This document shows, piece after piece, positions 1 to 64,000 of a DNA stretch of 64,000 bases. How positions within the stretch are numbered: position 1 is the stretch's first letter; the number at the start of each line of letters is the position of its first letter. Location of the stretch: assembly GCF_009914755.1 (NCBI RefSeq), contig NC_060937.1; one strand, written 5' to 3'. Under the pieces are notes generated by a model. The model was not told the origin of the DNA. It was given only the letters and a program-made list of their open reading frames with translations, and ran no database searches. This DNA comes from the human T2T-CHM13v2.0 reference genome, Homo sapiens. Both the position numbers and the translations under genes were made by a program.

Positions 1-342
1 TGGTTCTATCTCATTCTTTTTCACTGAAATTATACGTAGGCTTATTTTTCCCCATGCCCAAAAAGGGAATATTTTAATTCTGAATTTATTCCACAAAACT
101 TTACATCACTAAATGTGTGTTTATAGGACGCATATAAATTTGTATGAAATTTAAATATGATTATTTTGATTGCTTACATATAAAGCTGAGTAAACATGGC
201 ATAAAATTATATTTCCCTTTTGGCTAATGTTCTTTCATTAATTGGTTCTTTGAGGCAGCGGTAGCTGTGCAAGTGGCAGTATTGAAATATTCTCAGTGAT
301 TCTGTCATTCTGATAGTACTTTCTCATTTTCTTTTTCTTCTT

Positions 343-635
343 CTTTTTTTTTTTTTGGAGGCAGTCTCACTCTGTTGCCCAGGCTGGAGTGTAGTGGCAC
401 GATCTTGGTTCACTGCAGCCTCTGCCTCCCAGGTTCAAGTGATTCTTGTGCCTCAGCCTCTTGAATAGCTGGGACTACAGGCATGCACCACCACGCCTGG
501 CTAACTTTTGTATTTTTAGTAGAGACGGGGTTTTGCCATGTTGGCCAGGCTGGTCTCGAACTCCCAACCTCATGATCTGCCCACCTCAGCCTCCCAAAGT
601 GCTGGGATTACAGGTGTGAGCCACTGCACCCGGCC
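343..635 (-). mobile_element. Alu
   Basis: Full dimer with poly-T. Confidence 0.95.
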
Positions 636-1804
636 TTCATTCTCTTTAGATAAAATTATTTGTCTGTATGAAACAGTTGCCTAACTCCATGTTTACTTGA
701 TGTCTTAAAACTGTTACTAATTATTTAATCATTCTGCCAATAAAATCAGCGTTGGGATCACAAATCCAAGGAATAGACTCACTCGGTCAGTTTGAAGAAT
801 GTTTCAAATAGAAATCAAATCCATGATTTGATTAGATGGTGGAACTTAATTTATATGAGTAAAAGAATTCTTTGTAGGTGCTGATACATGGAGGCCTTCT
901 ACAGACACCTAGTGGGAGCTGATTTTTCTGTCTTGCAAACTTGCAACATAGTGGCAGTTGTCCCGAATATTTTATAGCATTACTAATTTGTACTGTAGTT
1001 TCAAGTTTTAAACATTTTATATTCTGTTTCATTGATTTGCTTTGTTTTTGTCCCTTTTCCAGTATAGAAATTTAAGTCATCAAATAGACCTCAGGAAACA
1101 AACAAAAAAAAAAGCAGAGCATTCTCTTCTATTATATTTACACATCATAGTGAGATATAGTATGTTTGCAGCCATTTTTATTTTTTCCTTGTCACCATTC
1201 TTTTGCAGTTGACAAATATTTTTGAAGGAGGACCTATCATTAAAGAATGAGTTCATTTCCACTTTGAAAAGCAAAGTTGAGGGCTTCCTTTAGTTGATAT
1301 TTCAGTAAATGAGGAAGTAGGCAGCGTAAGTGGTTTTAATAAGATGATAATGAACATGCATTCCTGGCACATAAACAGCTATGTTTTCTTATACTTTTTC
1401 TATTCGTTTCAAGCTGAAAGACCTTTTTCTTGATGTTGATTGTATTTTTTTATTTTTACCTTCCATTTATTACCTTCATTTTCTGAAACCCTGTGGTATT
1501 TGTGACATTTTTCCATGCAGTGTATTCATTTCAGTTGTTATTTTTGGCCTGATTGTTATCTATAACACCTATTATTTATGCTATCCATGGAACATTTCGA
1601 AGCCTTCTTATATTTTCATATTGTATAGATGCTCGTGGGTATGAAGACGGATTTAATTGCAACATGAGGTGGAAAATGGATACAATTATTTTGCAACGTG
1701 ATTTGTGATATTTGATTTAACTTGACTATGACAGAGTTCTGCAACCACTCAGAGGATCAAAACAACTTGCACTTGAAGGCTAGCCTTTCGTTTTTATTTC
1801 TACC

Positions 1805-2025
1805 TTTTTTTTCTTTTTGTGGAAGATGGGGTCTTGCTGTGTTGCCCAGGCTGTTCTTGAACTCCTGGGCTCAAGCAGTTCTCTACAAAAAAAATACACC
1901 CCCACCAAAAAAAATAGCCAGGCAATTGCTTGAACCCAGGCTGGTCTCAAACTCCTGGGCTCAAGCATTCCACCTCCCTAGGCTTCCCGGTGTGCTGGGT
2001 TTACAGGTGTGAGCCACACCCTGCC
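1805..2025 (-). mobile_element. Rearranged Alu monomer fragments
   Basis: Two antisense left-arm pieces around sense-strand Alu pieces. Confidence 0.75.
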
Positions 2026-2073
2026 CTCATATTCTTTATCTCCTTTTGTTGTTGTTGTTGTTGTTGGCACATA

Positions 2074-2356
2074 TAGTCATTCATTGCTTAATGACAAGAA
2101 TACGTTCTGAAAAATGCATCGTTAGACAAGTTTGTTTTGTGAACATCACAGAGTGTACTCAAACAAACCTAAATGGTATAGCTTATTGCTGCTAGGCTAT
2201 AAGCCTGTACAGCATGTTACTGTAATGAATACTGCAGGCAGTTGTAACACAATGGTAAGTATTTGTGTATCTACATATATCTAAACATAGAAAAGGTACA
2301 GTAGAAATATGGCATTACAATCACTGAGTGAAACATCGTTATTTGGCACATTACTG
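2074..2356 (+). mobile_element. Tigger3/MER7-like MITE
   Basis: AGTCAT...GCTTAATGAC...TACGTTCTGAAAAATGCATCGTTAG start, ...ACTG end, TA flanks. Confidence 0.75.
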
Positions 2357-3014
2357 TATTCACTTTTGGCAGGAGGATTAACTTTATTATTATCTATTGA
2401 TGAATTATTTACTTCATTTTATAGCCAGAAGTCATTTTGAATGTGGTTTAAATTTTTTTAATTCAAAAAAATTTTTTTATTTTATTGTGGTTTAATGAGA
2501 TTTCAAATGTAGTAGATAGGTGATAAATCATTTTTAAGAGAAGTTCCAAGAGTGCTTGGAACAATAGCAGCTCAGTGGGAAAAGGATTTAAAATCTTCAA
2601 ATTCATTCTTCACCATACTTTTTATTATTAAGGCTTATATTTCATAGCTCCATTTAATTGATTTTGTCAAATGACAAAGAAGTATGTCCTCATTATAAAC
2701 AAAAAGCACTGTGCCTTTCCTAAATTTTTCAGGTTTTACTTAACTCTATGTAGGGATTCTGTTAAACTAAATATAATAGAGAGAAAAACATTCTGTTTTT
2801 GAAGGCGACTTAGCTGATGATCATTGCTTTGTTTGGACCTTAGCAGTTGTTGCATAGTTAATAGTTTGTATGTAGATGAAGACTCATGACTCTAAACCTG
2901 TTTAGAGATTAACAGGATTGTTTTGCAGAGGCAAAAAGTGTAATGAAAAATTGGTAATTCTTTTCTAGTTAAGTTGTAGTCTTAAAAATTATCTTTTTAT
3001 GTTTCAAATTTTAG

Positions 3015-62466
<59,452 letters not shown>

Positions 62467-63174
62467 AAAGGAACGTTGCAGAAGCAATCGGGATAAAACA
62501 GCATTAGATAGTCATGCTGCTAGATCTTTATTATGGAAAACATTTCAAGTTTACTCCTTCTGTTTTGAGTTTTGTAGCAGTGTACCCACGCTGGGTATTA
62601 CCATGTAAATAATCTGTGAGTGAAAGTTGCCATTATTCTATGTAGTGGTTTTAGGATACTTAACAAATACATTCAAATTCTTTTTTTATTATTATTTATT
62701 TGATTAGGTATGTTTGTAACTTTTTACATTACAGAATATGAATGAGAATGTGCCATGTATAATTTTTTTCTTGTAGTAAGAAACATCCATATTGCACAAC
62801 TCTACTGTTGCAAAGCTTCCTTGGAAGGGGGCTCTTTTACTGGGTTCTTAACCAGATGGTTGTGTATGGGTAGCACTACTAAAAGTTTAGAACTTGCAGT
62901 GTCTTTCGGAATTTTTAAAATAAACTGTAAACTAATAGGCTGGGGTTTTTGTTTTGTTTTGGGGTTTTGTTTTGTTTGGTTTTACATTTTAGTTACTGAA
63001 GCCTTACAAGGTTATGTAGAGAGATACCATCTTCTGTACCAAAAATAGACAAGAGAATGCTGTCAATATTGGTGTACTGTAATGTGAATCTATGCTGGTG
63101 AAAACAATTTTTTGTTCCCCTTATTAAAACCTTAGTGTCCTTTTCTCATTTGTGGCTTTCTGCATCACCCAATC

Positions 63175-63180
63175 AATAAA
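63175..63180 (+). terminator. Candidate polyadenylation signal AATAAA (others: AATAAA 62919-62924, ATTAAA 63123-63128)
   Basis: Canonical hexamer, upstream TGTA motifs, downstream TA/TG-rich tract. Confidence 0.6.
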
Positions 63181-63187
63181 AAACAAA

Positions 63188-63213
63188 TATATATATGTAT
63201 ATATATGTATGTA

Positions 63214-63252
<39 letters not shown>
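63188..63252. repeat. (TA)n/(TG)n microsatellite just after a polyA signal
   Basis: Direct reading. Confidence 0.95.
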
Positions 63253-63256
<4 letters not shown>

Positions 63257-64000
63257 GATTGTAAGTTGAAAACAAGATCATCAAGACATTTCCTTTGTAA
63301 AAATGTCTGGTGAAAGTATAAAATTCTGTTTTCTTCTATGCCAGCCATAAGTATCTGAAATCCTCTTCATTTATAGAGGTTTGATTTTTATTTCTTTTTT
63401 TCCCTCTTAAGGATACAGATCATGCTGCAATGTTAGCTGTGTAGTACTCTAAAACTTAGCAATTTTATCAGAATTCTTGTGCCTGTTTACATTGGATAAA
63501 ATTGTTTTTAGAAATTCCACTCCTGAAATAGTTACAGAAAGTCAAGCTATGTTAAATAAGATAGGATCACATTTTATAATGAAGATTACCAGTGTAGTAA
63601 TTCTGATATTGCAAATGATTGAGGAACAAACAAAGAAACTAATAGAGAAAGTCAGTCTCAGAGGAAATCCCATTTAATGTTAGATTGTTTGGCTTTTGAA
63701 ATTACTTCTTATAGAAGATTGCATTAAAAAAAAAAACAACTTTGTGCTTCTGCATAGCAATTTATCCATTCAGACCTTTTCTTTTAGAATAAGGAAACTT
63801 AAAATCTACTTTCTAAAGACTGAACAAAGTGCTAGCTGCAAATTATCTTGAAATCATTTGGCTCTTTTCTAGCATGTGTGTAATCATGTTTTCTTCTGAT
63901 TCCTGAATGACCATGGTAGCATTAGTGTTTAGAAATTGTTCAGGGGAAAATTGAGCTATTTTCCATAGTGGCTAGCAATTGCTACACATCCTTAGATACT

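Larger units (their letters stand above)
62467..64000 (+). other. ZMYM2: ZMYM2 3' UTR (true end not determinable; may extend beyond the window)
   Basis: AU-rich sequence after the stop with no recognisable interspersed repeats; several polyA hexamers. Confidence 0.75.

Overview
Primate (most likely human) intron-rich genomic DNA holding the 3' two-thirds of ZMYM2 (ZNF198/FIM/RAMP) on the + strand. I read 18 coding exons (3015-62466). They splice with consistent phases into one 2550-nt frame (849 aa + stop): MYM zinc fingers, a Pro/Val-rich segment, an acidic region with an NLS-like motif, and a C-terminal DUF3504-type domain ending YELDEDTD. The 3' UTR follows. Three consecutive introns use GC donors. 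Introns contain about 30 Alus (mostly antisense), a near full-length old antisense L1, a Tigger-type transposon with transposase remnants, MER/MLT relics, a KRR1 processed pseudogene nested with a MER51-like solo LTR and two Alus, a 33-nt U1 snRNA 5' fragment with target-site duplications, and several perfect palindromes and tandem repeats. I found no convincing new multi-gene system. The best leads are splicing-related features and structure-forming DNA near the ZMYM2-FGFR1 breakpoint intron. Repeat boundaries and subfamily names are by eye and approximate.
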